Below the pieces are notes generated by a model. That model saw only the letters and a list, made by a program, of their open reading frames with translations, was not told the DNA's origin and made no database searches. Source: Felis catus (lineage: Eukaryota). From it: a stretch of DNA of 64,000 nucleotides. Positions 49,742-63,120 of the stretch are shown piece by piece. The position numbers and the translations under genes were made by a program. The first letter of the stretch is position 1. Every line of letters starts with the position of its first letter. The stretch lies in assembly GCF_018350175.1 (NCBI RefSeq), contig NC_058368.1, positions 71,860,001-71,924,000 of the forward strand. The letters are read 5' to 3'.

Positions 49742-50268
49742 GGGGTGCCTGGGTGGCTCAGTTGGTTGAACAGCCGACTCTTGATTTCGTCTCAGGTCAG
49801 GGTCTCATGATTTGTGAGTTCAAGCCCTACATCAGGCTCTATGCTGACAGTGTGGAGCCTGCTTGGATTCTCTCTCTCTCTCTCTCTCTCTCTCTCCCCC
49901 CATCTCTCTCTGCCCCTTCCTGCCCCTCTCTTCCCTTTCAAATCATATGACTTCAATCATATGAGGACTTTAAGAGACAAAGCAGATGAACATAAGGGAA
50001 GGGAAACAAAAATAATATAAAAACAGGGAGGGGGACAAAACATAAGAGACTCATAAATATGGAGAACAAACTGAGGGTTACTGGAGGGGTTGTGGGAGGG
50101 GGGATGGGCTAGATGGGTAAGGGGCATTAAGGAATCTACTCCTAAAATCATTGTTGCACTATATGGTAACTAATTTGGATGTAAATTTTAAAAAATAAAA
50201 AATAAAAATAAATAAGTAAACTTAAAAAAATTTTGGAAATAAAAAAATTAAAAATAAATTTAAAAATA
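49742..50268 (+). mobile_element. Can-SINE with a carnivore L1 3' fragment (about 49940-50205) inserted at its tail
   Basis: SINE head at 49742; L1 3' UTR (cataagagactcataaatatggagaacaaactgagggtt) follows the CT tract; SINE tail aaataaataagtaaactt resumes afterwards. Confidence 0.85.
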
Positions 50269-50289
50269 GAAAAAAATTATTTAGACCCT

Positions 50290-50709
50290 TGTAAAGACAG
50301 TAAGGCTGACTTTATTCATGGGGCCTACTACAGCAGTGTTTGCAGTAGGGGAGAGAGGCCAGACCCAACTCTGAATACAACAAGGAAAGTGGGAATTTAT
50401 ATCTAAGGAGTAGGGTGGGAATCTGTGCATGGAAATTGCTAAGAGGAAGCATCAAGGCTAAGAGGATTCGTATTCAAGCAGTTCAACAGGGATCTTGCTA
50501 AAGGAAAGCCAGGGTGATAAGATACTGTCTTAGCTCAGCTGCTATAACAAAGTGCCGTAGACTGGGTGGCTTGTGGACAACAGAAACTCATTTCTCACAA
50601 TTCTGGAAGATGGATGTCTGAGATTAAGGCACCAGGATGGTTGGATTCTCATGAGAGCTCTCTTCCGGGTTACAGATTGCCAACTTCTTCATCTTCACAT
50701 GGTGGAGAG

Positions 50710-50759
<50 letters not shown>

Positions 50760-51062
50760 GTAAGCTCTGTCATGACTCTTATAAGGTCACAGACCCTCTT
50801 CCCGAGGGTTCCAGCCTCATGTCTTAATCATGTCCCACCACAATGGAGATTAGATTTCAACATATGAATGTTTGGTTGTGGGGGAGGGACACAAACATTC
50901 AGTCCATACAGATGCCCAGAATGAGGTAGTTTCACTAAACAAACCCAGCAGAATTCTTGCTGAAACTGGTCTAAATGGGCCAAGGGCAGAGTCCAAGGGT
51001 GGGGCCTTGGGGGCTGAGAGGAGCCTACTAGAGTCAGGTCAAGGAAAGCATCTTTGTCCTCC
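50290..51062 (-). mobile_element. ERV1-type LTR with a nested MLT1A-like LTR (50526-50910) containing (GA)n
   Basis: aggctgactttattca...tttgcagtaggggagag; inner tgtcttagctcagctgctataacaaag...cattcagtccataca. Confidence 0.65.
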
Positions 51063-51609
51063 CGTCTCTTCTCTTTCACTGATGCCACAATTCTGGTTTG
51101 TCAGCAAACTTGATTTTTGGCCCTATCTTTAAAATATGTCCAGAATTTGACCACTTTTCGTCACCCCTGCTACTCCTCTGATCCAAGCCACCATTATATT
51201 TCACCTGATTTTTGCAAAAGCCTTCTGCTCTTCTGCCTTTGCTTTCCTTCCTTAGATTGTCAACTGCAGTCAGAATGACCCTGCTTAAACCCAAGTCAGA
51301 GTGCTTCTCTCCTCTGATCAGGACCTTCCAATGGCTCAGAATTGACTTGGTGCAAAAGCTGAGGTCTTCACTCTGACCCACCTGGCCCCCATCACCTCCC
51401 ACTGCCTTCCTGTCTCTCAGCAGCCCCCTTGCTGGCATAATCACCCACTGTCTTTATTGTCACTGTTGTCTTTCTCCTCCCACCAGAATGTAAATTCCAT
51501 GAGATTATTATTCATTCTCTGCAGAATCCCTACTCTCAGGACAGTGCCTCATCCAGGGTAGGCAGGCATTGAATGTTTGCTGAATAAACAAATAAATTAA
51601 TTTTTAGTT

Positions 51610-52220
51610 TTGGAAAATATATTTAAAGATGCGTATTAAAATTTTAAAGGTAGTTATTTAAAGAATAGCACTAATACAGGTGATTTCCAAGTAATTAGAA
51701 AAGAAAAAGAGCATTTTGCCAACAAGAGATCAGAAAAAAAAGAGGACTAAAAACTGGGCACACTAAACAGAAAACCGAAACAGGATAGCAGAAAGGAAAA
51801 ACATGTCAGGAATCACAATCTTATTTTAATGACACAGACTCTCAGATTGAATTTAAAAATCCAGTTATGAGCTGTTTACAAGAGGCAAATATAAAACCAA
51901 ATGATGCAGAAAGTTTGAAAATAAAGGGAAAGAAAATTATATGCCAGGCAAATGTTAATAAAAAGAAAACAGGAGTAAAAAATGTTAAAATGACAAAATA
52001 TAACTCAAGGGTGAAAGCACTGAGAAGGAAAAAGGAAAGATGCATTATATTAATAAATCACCTACCAAGAAAGAAGAATCATAAAGCAATTTACAATTTT
52101 CATCATTGCTTTGAAATATAAATAAAGCAAAAGAATAAATTGCAAATCTACATTCATAGTGAGAGATTTTAACATCCCTTTCTCAGAAAGTGGCAGATCA
52201 AATAGACAAAAAATGAGGAC
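51610..52220 (+). mobile_element. Ancient L1 (L1ME-like) ORF2 endonuclease start
   Basis: ORF 51867-52121 SCLQEANIK...LKIKGKKIICQAN...KKTGV resembles the L1 EN motif CCLQETH...LKIKGWRKIYQAN. Confidence 0.8.
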
Positions 52221-53307
52221 ATTTGTATAGTCCGTTACAGGTTTTCTTGAGAACTGGGTGAAAATTATGGCACAAATATATATCTAGAGGATCATGGGGG
52301 TTTAAAAAACAAGGAGAGATATATGAGGATGATGAAAATAATCATATGTTGTATATACATTGTCTAAACATAAAGAATCATTTGAGAATCCCAGTCCGTT
52401 TTCTTAATCTTTTGACACATCTGGATCCTCACATGGCATGGAAGAATGATTCTCAAAGCAGGATCCCTGGATTAGCAGCATCAGCATCATGTGGGAATTT
52501 GCTAGAAAGGCAGATCCCTGGGTCCCAGCTCCAGACCTTCTGAGTCAGCAACTCTGAAGATGAGCCCAAGTGTAACGGACACTCTGGGGGGCTCCTGATG
52601 CCAGCTCGAGTGAGAACCTCACTCACAGATCTAACCTCACAGATCTAACCTCAGAAGCCTGCCTGCTTTCCTCGGTTTGGGTATGCTCAGGGCAATAGCA
52701 AAATAAATGCTTACACATCGTTTGCATTTCTATTCCATAATTTTACTGACGGTCTGTTTCATGGTAAAGCTCTGGTCTGGGACTTCAGGTCTTAGATCAT
52801 CCTGACAGTTTCCTGGGTAATTATGGCTCAAATCTTTATATTTTATTTAAGTAAAAAGAGGCAAAATAATAATAATAAGGAACTCTCGTGCTGTGAATAT
52901 TAGAAGTGTAAAGATTTTTAAAAAAAGAAATGGAGCAAAATCAACCTGTTATGATAATATGTCATGCCTGAATTTTGTGCATGGGTTAGGGACATAGTTT
53001 TCACCCTTACCCATCACTGGCTTTCCAGTGGCTGTGTCTATACTCATGGAAATCTCTATGAGGGAGAACATCAAAAAAATAGGCAAAAGTGTGAATAGAG
53101 AGAAATTAATTCCCTTGGCTCCCTTCTCTTCTCCACCCCTGAGTGGCATCCCTTCTCTGCTACCCTTCAGGTACATGCTTTCCAATTAACATGGCTGAAA
53201 CTGCTCACAGGGAGCATTTGTAGGAGTAAGAAGGGCATGTTCTTTGGGGAATGTTTTTTGCAAAAACGGAACAGTATAACATATGCAAATTTAAATTTTG
53301 CACATGG

Positions 53308-53669
53308 CTATGGACTAGTTGTGTCCACCCTAACTCATCTGTTGAAGCCCTAACTTCAGATGTGGTGGCATTTGGAGATGGGGCCTTTGAAAGGTCCTTA
53401 GGTTTAGATGACATCATGAGGGTGGTGCGTTCATGGTAGGATTAATGTCCTTATAAATGGAGATACCAGAGAGCTTTCTCTTTCTTTCTGCCATATGAGG
53501 ACATTTTGAGGTGGCTATTTACAAGACAGTAAAAGAGCTCTCAACTGAAACCGACCATTCTGGCTCCTTGATCTTAGACTTCCAGCTTCCAGAACTGTGA
53601 GAAAACAAATTTCCATTGTTTAAGCCACCCAGTCTATGGCATTTTATTATGGCAACCTGAGCTAAGACA
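53308..53669 (+). mobile_element. MLT1A-like MaLR LTR
   Basis: ctatggactagttgtgtcc...gcatttggagatggggccttt...ccagaactgtgagaaaacaaatttc...gctaagaca. Confidence 0.85.
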
Positions 53670-55250
53670 ATTTTATCCAAGATACTACCCAAGATGCATA
53701 TCAAACACATCACCCTGGGCATCCTTGGAGGAGAGGAAGATAGGAATGAGGGTTGGGGATAACACAGAAAGAAAAAAGCCCAACAAAAACAAAAGAAAGC
53801 AAGAGAGGGTCCTTGAATGAAATCACTGTTAAAATATGCTCTGAATAAAGAGGTATGATTAATTCAAGTCTATGTATCTATGTACTTAAGATGATAAAAG
53901 AATTAGTTAATGAATGGCCTGGAACAAGTCCCTCATCTGGTCCTTCAGAGACCCCACCTGAGACTTGATTTCACTGATGGGCCATCACTGTGCCTCCCCC
54001 ACAGGAAGCCTACCCAGTCTTCTCTCGCTAACTATGCCCACCCTCAGTTCTCCTTGTTTCTGTGCTTCTGCTGGAGAATGTTGTAAAAGGTGAGGCTTTT
54101 CACCAGAATGGTCTATTTATGCTCTCAGATGATGCAAGCTAGTGTATATTCACTGCTGGGATCACTGACCACTTATCTTTTAGATGCCACCCATATTATT
54201 TTTCCCACTGAAGACCCTGCATTTTCAGACATGCAATGATTCCTGTTCTCTCTTCCTTTTATACCCACCTTTCATGATAAAGTGGACTTCCAGAATTGAT
54301 TTATTCACCAATTTTGAGGTTGATTCCTGGTAAATTTAAAATTCTTATCAACCGTCACAGAAAGCTATTTAAGCACTCAAGTATGTAGGACATTTTTATG
54401 AGCTGGGGATTTGAAAGGTGTAATTGGTTTACTCCTTATTAAAAACTTAGCTTATTGAAAACAAGCTGAGAAAATGTGGGACAGGAAGTTTCTTTTAGAA
54501 ATAACTTTAGCTTTTGAGAATGGAACGTATATAAACTTGGAGGCTAATTGTAAGTTGACTTAAGCTATGGCCTGATATGATTTTAGGATTAAAAACAAAG
54601 ACATAGCTCAGGGTTTGAGGTAGGCAGCCATGAATTTGAGTCTTCACTAAGCCACTAACTAGCTGTATTAGCACAGACTTGGTACTTAATTATTTCAAAT
54701 TCACTTTTCTTATCTGAAAAACTGGGATCACTCCATTTTACAGTTTTTTTTTTGCAAGAATTAAATAGGATACCATATATAAAGAAACTAGCAGTGTGTT
54801 AGGTGCTATTGAGAAAGTCTGTTTCTTTCCTCTTTGGTGGAGAGACTTTTATTAGACAATAAGCATGGGATCTACACACATTACTTGGTTTTTCAGAATG
54901 TGATAATATTATTTACAAAGGAAAGTGTGGCTAGAAATGACAAAAATCATTGTGGATTGATTCATTTTATTGGAACCTAGCTCGCTCGGTTCTTTTCACA
55001 TTGAAACTTTTTTCAATGTTTCTTAAAGTTGTGGAGCATGCTTCTTGTCTAGTACAGTTGTGCAGACATGAGAGAGACAAAGCACCCTCCTCCTTTCCTC
55101 CTCTCCACCCCCACCCAGCCCCTCTCTACTCCCCTTCATCACAGTGCACACACTTGTCTTGCTTTGCATCAATTGGGATCTGTGTTTTTGAGGCTGTTAA
55201 AAGGACTACCACTACTCTGTAATGTGACTGTGGGTGAGTCCCCTAAACAT

Positions 55251-55267
55251 TCTTTTTTCTTTCTTTT

Positions 55268-55339
<72 letters not shown>

Positions 55340-55379
55340 TCCTTCCTTCCTTCCTTCCTTCCTTCCTTCCTTCCTTCCT

Positions 55380-55419
<40 letters not shown>

Positions 55420-55420
55420 T
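55251..55420. repeat. (TTTC)n(TTCC)n(TTTC)n compound tetranucleotide microsatellite in a SINE tail
   Basis: Direct inspection; explains the low-complexity ORFs at 55068-55568. Confidence 0.95.
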
Positions 55421-56046
55421 CAGAGAGAAAGAGAGGGGCTGGGGGAGAGAGGGGAGAGAGGGGAGAGAGAGAGAGAGAGACAATCTTAAGCAGGCTTGAT
55501 GCTCGGTGCAGAGCCCAATGCAGGGCTTGATCCCACGATTCTGGGAATATGACTTGAGCTGAAATCAAGATTCAGATGCTTAACTGACCCTCCCTTAAAC
55601 ATTCTTTAAACATTAAGCTTATTCTATGGGGTACCTGGGTGGCTTAGTTAGTTAAGTGTCCGACTTTAGCTCAGGTCACGATCTCAAGGCTTGTGAGTTC
55701 AAGTCCTGCATACGGCTCTGTGCTGACAGCTCAGAGCCTGGAGCTTGCTTCAGATTCTGTGTCTCCCTCTCTCTCTGCTCCTCCCCCACCCCGCTTGTGT
55801 TCTGTCTCTCAAAAATAAATAAACATTAAAAAATTTTTTTTAATGTTTTATTGTTTATTTTTGAGAGACAGAGACAGAGACAGAGTGCGAGCAGGGGAGG
55901 GGCAGAGAGAGGGGAGAATCCAAAGCAGCTCCAAGCTCTGAGCCATCAGCTCAGAGCCAGACGTGGGGCTTGAACCCACAAGCCAGGAGATCATGACCTG
56001 AGCGAAAGTTGGATGCTCAACCAACTGAGCAACCCAGGTGCCCTCC
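55255..56046. mobile_element. Three adjacent Can-SINEs: minus (55255-55590), plus (55628-55830) and minus (55840-56046)
   Basis: Heads at about 55590 (-), 55628 (+) and 56046 (-); the third is flanked by an aaaaaattttttt.aatg-like duplication within the tail of the second. Confidence 0.9.
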
Positions 56047-57929
56047 AAAAAAAATTTTTTTAAATGAAGCTTTTTCTAGATGATTTCTTAGGTCTCATCT
56101 CACTCTTACACTTTCCAATTCTGCATTTAACAAATATTATCCTCTATCAGTCTGAAGTCTAAAGATTATTCTTTGTGGAGAATTAATGTGCTACTTAACT
56201 TTGCTACTGAAAAGGTGGTCCATAGATAGGCACCATCACCATCACGTGGGAGCTGGTTAGAAATGCAGAATCCCAGGCCTCATCCAGAGTCAAAATTTTA
56301 ACAGGATCTCCAAGTGATGTGGTATCCCATTAAAGTTTGAGAAGCTCTGCTGTAGAGGGCCACAACTCACTTTTATTTGTTCACGTGAATTCACTGCTTT
56401 GATCTTCAAAGTATGTCTCCAGGAACCACATCAAATCCTATCCAAGTCCCATGAGGAGGCTCACATTTTGACCATTTTTATGAAGAGAAATGGAGTTGGA
56501 GAATAAAGGGGGCTTGCTGAGGGACTGGGGATGATGCATGTCATATAGAGTATGTGACTGCAATCACATTTAGACAGCTGTCATGGGCTCCCAGCTTGTT
56601 GGATGTAATATGGGGATTCCCGTTGGAGCCACATCAGCCTTTTGATACCTGAGTTAGTTAAACAAAATAGTGTGTGTCATTTGCACAACATGATCCCCTT
56701 TGGAAGTTGCCGAAGTTCCTTTGAAATGAAAGAGATGAATTTGTACACTGGTATTTTTAATACTTGATTAATGTCATTGTATTTATTTTGGCCACCCCTG
56801 CTCTTTAATTATAAAATTACATGGTTTGTAATGAGACTGTTGGCTCTCCACCTGTGCCAAGTTTAACTGAACACGTTTCTTTCTGGTCTCTTGTTGTGGC
56901 GTGGGCTTCAAAGTCAAAAGCAAACTGCCTCACAGACTCTTGATTCTCTTTGGCAGTCTTGGTTTTTTTAGAGGCAAACATTGATTGCTGCAGCTGTGGC
57001 CAGCTGCTTATGCAGACATTTCAAAAGGGCCTTGGAGGGAGACAAACTTCATTTGGCCACTAGGTGAGTAGATGAGCCTGAGCTTCTTCTGTCAGGCCAT
57101 TGGTTCTGCACTTCCGTTTTCCTTGGAATGTGAATTCCCCCTCCGAAAAAGGAATTACCAGTGGGCCATAAGTAGTGTGTCCACTTAAACCACCAAGAAA
57201 TGCACAGGGAAAATGGAAGCTTCTGCAAATCTGATGAAGAGGTGGGAAATGCTATCGTGCAATTTTCTCTTAAAGACCTTTGCCTTATTCTTCATGTCAT
57301 GTGTACTTTCCCAAGCTGACTTGTCATCATCTGGAGACTCTTATGGCTCACAATTTTAAAGGGGTTGCCCCTGTCCCATCTTGTGTCCATCTCTGATCCC
57401 TAAGGAAGCCACAATGATTTTTTTTGAGGTAGAAGTAATGGGAAGTAATACTTGGACAAAGTCCTTTGAAATACTTCTGGAACCAGATGGTAGTTTTTAA
57501 TGATATATTTCCTGACATGGTTATGTCAGATATCTTTCTGTCCTATTTGTCTCCACTGCCCCCCACTCATCATTCCTCGGTTTATTTGAAACCAGGCCAA
57601 CCCCATAATCTTTATTGTATAGATAGTTTTGGTTGTCCATTCCTAAATATTCTAAATAAAATTTCAACATGCTTTTTAACATTTTGTCTCTGGTGAAAAT
57701 TAAATGTTGCTTAAAATCACACCATGGCAGTTTTTTGCAGAATATGAAGCTTCCACACTACTTGATCCTATTATAAATCATTCATTTTGAGTAAATGTCA
57801 AAAATGACTAGGATTTAGTAGCTTAGGTAATAATATGCTTTTTTCTCCCCACTCTTATCCAAAGAATTCTAATGTAGTTTGAAGATGTTGAGAGGTGAGT
57901 TTAACTGTTGTATGATGATGGAGATATTC

Positions 57930-58296
57930 TCTGTTTGGGAGGTCCAATATGGCAACCACTGGCTGCATATGGTCATTGAGGACTTGAAATGTGGCTAGCA
58001 CAACTGAGGAACTGAATTTTAAATTTTATTTCATTTTAATTAATTTAAATTTAAATAGCCTCATGTCACTAGTGGCTACAATATTGGTTTATATCTGAGG
58101 TTGAGCCAAATCCAGGCTGCTGCCTGTTTTTGTAAAGAAAGTTTTATTGAAACTTAACTACACCCATTCATTTACATGTTGTTTTTGGCTGCTTTTGAAC
58201 AACAGCAGAGTTGTGTATTTACAACAGAGACTTCTCCACAAGGCCTAAAATACTTGTTATGGAGCCGTTTGCAGAAAAAGTTTGTCAACTCTGGTC
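57930..58296. mobile_element. MER3-like followed by MER58A-like hAT-Charlie MITEs
   Basis: gtccaatatggcaaccactggctgcatatgg...cttgaaatgtggctag; gccaaatccaggctgctgcctgtttttgtaaa...gcagaaaaagtttgtcaac. Confidence 0.75.
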
Positions 58297-60451
58297 AAGA
58301 CCAATGTTGAATGGAGGAGAATCTGTAGGGCATTAAGAAAAGCAGTCGTGCCAATCCAGAGATCTCTAGATCTAGGCACCAACTGTAGTCTTGAAAATTT
58401 TGAGATTGGTGATTTCTTAATTAGTATTTTTTCTGTAAATGTAGTTCATGGTTATGGTAAAATTTTAGGAAAAGAATGAAAGGAGAAGGTAAAAGTCATT
58501 TTCCATGCATAGATAAGTACATGTGTGTGCTATAGAACATATATCATTTTGAAAGCTAGTATCTTACAAATTTCATGTAAACCCCTTTTGACACTTTATC
58601 TTGACAGTTTAAAGACTTCAGACATTCATCTGTCCACTGATATGGGAAAAACTCACTTCAATGATTATTTCCTTTTTTTACTTTTTTACTCTCTGAGTGG
58701 GTTTTGTAGTATTTGTGTGCAAACATGAGAAAGGGAGTTTCAAGCTTTTGGCTATGTTTGAAGTCTCAAGTAAAGTTTTATACCTGGATGTTTGTGTATT
58801 CCAAATTTCAAAGGTAACAGTTTGATGATATTTCTTATTAGTAAAGGTTAAATGTGAGGAAAAATTTAAATTTACTATTCGCTCCTGCATCTAAGAACAA
58901 TCAAAGTAAGAAAATTGACAAGTTTATGATGAGATTTTATTTGTACCTTTGGGAAAAAAATATGCAGTCTCATTTTTCACATAGTGGAAACTAGGCTCAT
59001 TGTATAAGAAAGACACTGATTTCACCAAATTCTTTAAGCACCAACTCAGTGATGGCTAGTAGGGTTATAATATAAATGGAAGATATGGTAGGGTCTTGGT
59101 TTATGGTATCTCTGAATATTCAATCATACAAGGGTAAAAAGCAAGACAATACATAATCAGAAGTCATTTGGGTAAATGTTAAGGAACATCTACTGTTGCT
59201 AATTTTAATCTGTGCTATGGCACATAAACCTGAACTGGGCACTTTTATGGGAAGTTCTAGAAGAAGAAATGAATCTCGCCTTCCAGGAGGTCAACATCGA
59301 TTTGATGTATGGGAAAGATGTACAGTGGAGGATAATGTACAAGAGAAAAAAAGCAGCGTAAAAGACTGTATGGTAGAAATGCCAGGGGGAGGTTCAAATG
59401 ATAACTCTAAACATACAGAGACCATATATTGATGGGAATACTTCAAAATTTTCATTTTTCTCCATAGTCCTTTTTTCATAGAACACACACTATTGAGTTA
59501 AACTATATTGGAAGAAGAACCTTCTGAGGTTGTCTGAAATGCAACCTATTTAGGAGAGGCTAAAGAATCTGATTATGTCCAGGGTAGAGAGATGAGAAAA
59601 TCTGGAGGAGGCAATTAGCAGCCTATATATACTTAATGGGCTGTTTTAAAGGGTACTGGTGACGATTAGCCTGGTACTTATACTGTGCCAGAAGGAAGTC
59701 ATTTAAGTTAACACCAAAGTTGCTTTGTGCAGATTTGCTGTAAATAATACTTTCCTTTGGCTGGAAATGACTCAGCAATGTCCTTCCCCAACCCCATTAA
59801 GAGGTTGTCATTAAGAGGTTGTGAAGGAAACTTATTCCAGGTTCCCTGGGGACAAGGTGAGCAGGTAATGAAGACAGAGAATGCCTTTACTTGGGGACAG
59901 AAGAGCCTCATGAGCAAGATATGGCTGGCAATATGAAGACATCAGTGTTCTGTGTTCTTGGGTTGAGTACCCACTGTGTGTTTTGGGGAAAGAATCAGAG
60001 AGGCTTGCTGAAAGGCCTAGACCCTGCTCCTGTGGCCTTGAGCAAGCTAGGCAAACTTTGTTTAGATCAGTTTCCATTTCATTTCACTGCCCCACCTACC
60101 TCACAGTCAATAAGAGGAGATGATGATAAAGAATACATTGGAAAAGTAAACAACAACAACAAAAAACCTATACAGATAAGAAGTCATCGTTATTCTACAG
60201 AAAGGTCTAAAAGTGAAGGTCAGAATTGGATATGACCTTAGGGGAAGAAGGAGAGGGAGGTGTCACTTAAAACATGGATCTATTGTATTCCATGGCTCTA
60301 TTGTATTGACCTACAGAGTGTTGACCATGAGTCTATAGAAGGTCCACTGGAAAAGGCCCACCCTGGGCTAACTTAAAAAAGAGTCATCATCTCAGTGTGT
60401 CAGTATGAAGGTATATGCAGTGCTCTGTGAAGGATAAACATGAGTTGCTAG

Positions 60452-61019
60452 TTGTGGAAACAAAGACCAACCTAATGAGAAAAGCGAAGGCTATTTATTC
60501 AGAGTGCTGTGATGGCAAGAGAGTCAGCCATTGCCACTTGTGTTTTGCAGAGACTCGAGAGAGCTTCATAGAGGAAATAAGGGAGGGCTCCAGGTGTGCC
60601 CTGATTGGAGGCCCTTGGCCTGGGGAAGCTGTAGGTGGGCCAAGTACGAGTGGGGTCCTATGTGATAGGTTAGGGTGTATATCTGGCTTTCAATGGTTGG
60701 CACTAAATTGGAAGCAAGGTCAAAAATTTGGAAAACTAAAAACAAGCAAACAAACCAAAAAACCAGTTAGGAACTTTGGCACTTATTAAGTCCTGGCCAT
60801 TGGGGCCAATTTTTAGGGAAGTTACTGGTTAGCTTCCTGAACTGTCACTAAAGATAGCACTCTGGCTTCCTGCAAGTCTGGCTTACAGCAGGCTGGCTTC
60901 CTGGAATGTTTATTGCAGATAGGGGATTGGTTTCCTGGGCAGACTGCTGCAGGTTTTGGGTCTAAGGTTCATTTCTCATATATGGTCTGGCCATTGTTTA
61001 TTTTATATTCAGTCTCTCA
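60452..61019 (-). mobile_element. ERV1-type solo LTR
   Basis: aggctatttattcagag (reverse poly(A) signal), ctgattggagg (reverse CCAAT), ends tctctca. Confidence 0.55.
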
Positions 61020-61341
61020 TAGTTAAGCCCAAACACTGAAGAATGTCTCCCAGTTCATGTTTTGCTATGATTTGCATGACCTTGAGCAAGTCAATTAACT
61101 TCTCTTATATAAATGAGATCAGATTACCTGCCCCAGCATAGCTCACAGGTTTGCGTGGGGGTCAAATGTGATAAACTACGCAATATGGTAGCCTGTTTTC
61201 TAGGGTGCTGAATAAATTCTAATGATGACAATGATAGAGACCACTATGGGGTAATAGCTGTCCTCTTTCCCCTTCCCTGCTCTATGATACATGAAACATA
61301 TTGTTATTGATTGGAAAAGGCTAATTCATATTAACTTAGCC

Positions 61342-61570
61342 TTTTTTTTAAGATTGAAGTTTGTATTTATTTATTTTTTTATACATTATTTTGAGAGAGA
61401 CAGAGACAGCATGAGCAGGGAAAGGGCAGAGAGAGAGGGAGAGAGAATCCCAAGCAGGCTTCATTCATGCTGGCAAAGCAGAGCCTGATGCAGGGCTCAA
61501 ACTGACGAAGCTGTGAGATCATGACCTGAGCTGAAACCAAGAGTCAGATGCTTAACCTTAGCACTCCTGG
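61342..61570 (-). mobile_element. Can-SINE
   Basis: gagatcatgacctgagctgaaaccaagagtcagatgcttaacc. Confidence 0.88.
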
Positions 61571-61639
61571 CACTCATTAAGTTTTGAACTACTTCGCCCA
61601 TGAGTCTCCCAGTTACTAAATAAGTAAGATGAATCCATT

Positions 61640-61844
61640 CTTTTTTATTTTATTTGTATTTTTTTGAGAGAGAGTGCAAGTGAGGGAGAGGCAGAAAGAG
61701 GGACAGAATCCCAAGCAGGCTCCACACTCAGGGCAGAGCCAGACACAGAGCTCAACATGGGGCTTGATTTCATGACTGTGACATCGTGACCTGAGTCAAA
61801 ATTAAGAGTCAGATGCCTAACCGACTGAGCCACTCAGGTACTCC
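61640..61844 (-). mobile_element. Can-SINE
   Basis: gtgacctgagtcaaaattaagagtcagatgcctaaccgactgagccactcagg. Confidence 0.88.
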
Positions 61845-62029
61845 AAATGCATGGTCTCTTAACCTGGCCTATTATTAACCACTTTTAACATAACAGATCT
61901 TTTTGAGAATTTGATGAAAGTTATGGGTCCTCTCCTAGGAAGATACCTATATGCACAGACGCCCAATTTTACATAGAATTTCAGAGGGTCCATACATGAG
62001 GAATCCATTCATATAGATGTTTTGAGGCA

Positions 62030-62370
62030 GAGATTCTCAACTTGGGTTGCATATTAAAAACGTCTGGGTAATTTTTTAAAACCTTGGAAATTTTTAAGCA
62101 AACTACACTCCAAGCTAATTAAATCAGAATCATGGTGGGTGTGGGGTGGTGGTGAGACCCAGACATCAGTCCTTTTGAAAACTCCTCAGGTTTAAACTCT
62201 TCATCAAAGTCAGTGGTTCTCAAGCTCTAATGGACATTCTAATAACCTGGAGGGCTTTTAAACCTGGTTGCCAGCCCTCACCTGTGGAGTTTCAGATTCT
62301 GTAGGTCTGGGGTGGGAAGTGGACATTTGTGGGTTAAAAAAGCTCCCGCACGTGATTCTGATGCTAATCT
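62030..62370. mobile_element. Two MER5A-like MITEs
   Basis: cagagattctcaacttggg...aaatcagaatc; cagtggttctcaagct...cagattctgtaggtctggggtggg. Confidence 0.7.
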
Positions 62371-62600
62371 CTGAGATTCACAGTCCTTGTGGAGGAAGTC
62401 CAGGTCCAACCTGGGACGTGGTATTAGAGTAGCTCAAAGGTCAAACTAATGCATCAACATACCATTCTTGGCCTCGAGGGGTCAAGGTGGCATTTTGGCT
62501 TCATACTCTTGGAGGAACAACTAGATGCTTGTGTCTCTCCAGGGCTCACCAGCTCAGAGGGGAGACCAGAGGATGGAAGCCACCTCCAGAGCTCAGTTCT

Positions 62601-62809
62601 TTTTTTTTTTTCAATATATGAAGTTTATTGTCAAATTGGTTTCCATACAACACCCAGTGCTCATCCCAAAAGGTGCTCTCCTCAATACCCATCACCCACC
62701 CTCCCCTCCCTCCCACCCCCCATCAACCCTCAGTTTGTTCTCAGTTTTTAAGAGTCTCTTATGCTTTGGCTCTCTCCCACTCTAACCTCCTTTTTTTTTT
62801 TTTTTTTTT
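62601..62809 (-). mobile_element. Very short, 5'-truncated young felid L1 (3' UTR only)
   Basis: Highly similar to 119-310; TSD cagagctcagttct (62587-62600) / cagagcccagttct (62810-62823). Confidence 0.95.
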
Positions 62810-62984
62810 CAGAGCCCAGTTCTAATGGTGGTTTGCTAGGCCTGTTCCCTCCCCTGAGCCCTTCCATTCCATGTGGCCTGTTGTCTCTCAGGCTCTGGAC
62901 AGGGTGTCCATATTGCACTCTGATGGGGAAATAGAATTTAGAACAAAATCTCCCAATCCAGAAGTCCTCTCCACAAAGGTAGTA

Positions 62985-63075
62985 GAGAGAGAACCTGCTT
63001 TTATTATTAAGCATTAAATCAGAATGTGATGTGCATCAACGTGAACCTTAAAAAAATTTTTTTTAATGTGTATTT

Positions 63076-63120
<45 letters not shown>

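Larger units (their letters stand above)
48885..51600. mobile_element. L2 element fragmented by a SINE, an L1, an ERV LTR and an MLT1A
   Basis: L2 motifs at 48890-49700 and 51100-51600 (tccagaatttgaccactttt..., gatccaagccaccat, aatgtttgctgaataaa). Confidence 0.7.

Noticed and set aside
55068..55568. Several overlapping ORFs rich in KERK/FLSF repeats
   Set aside because: These are translations of the (TTTC)n(TTCC)n microsatellite in a SINE tail.
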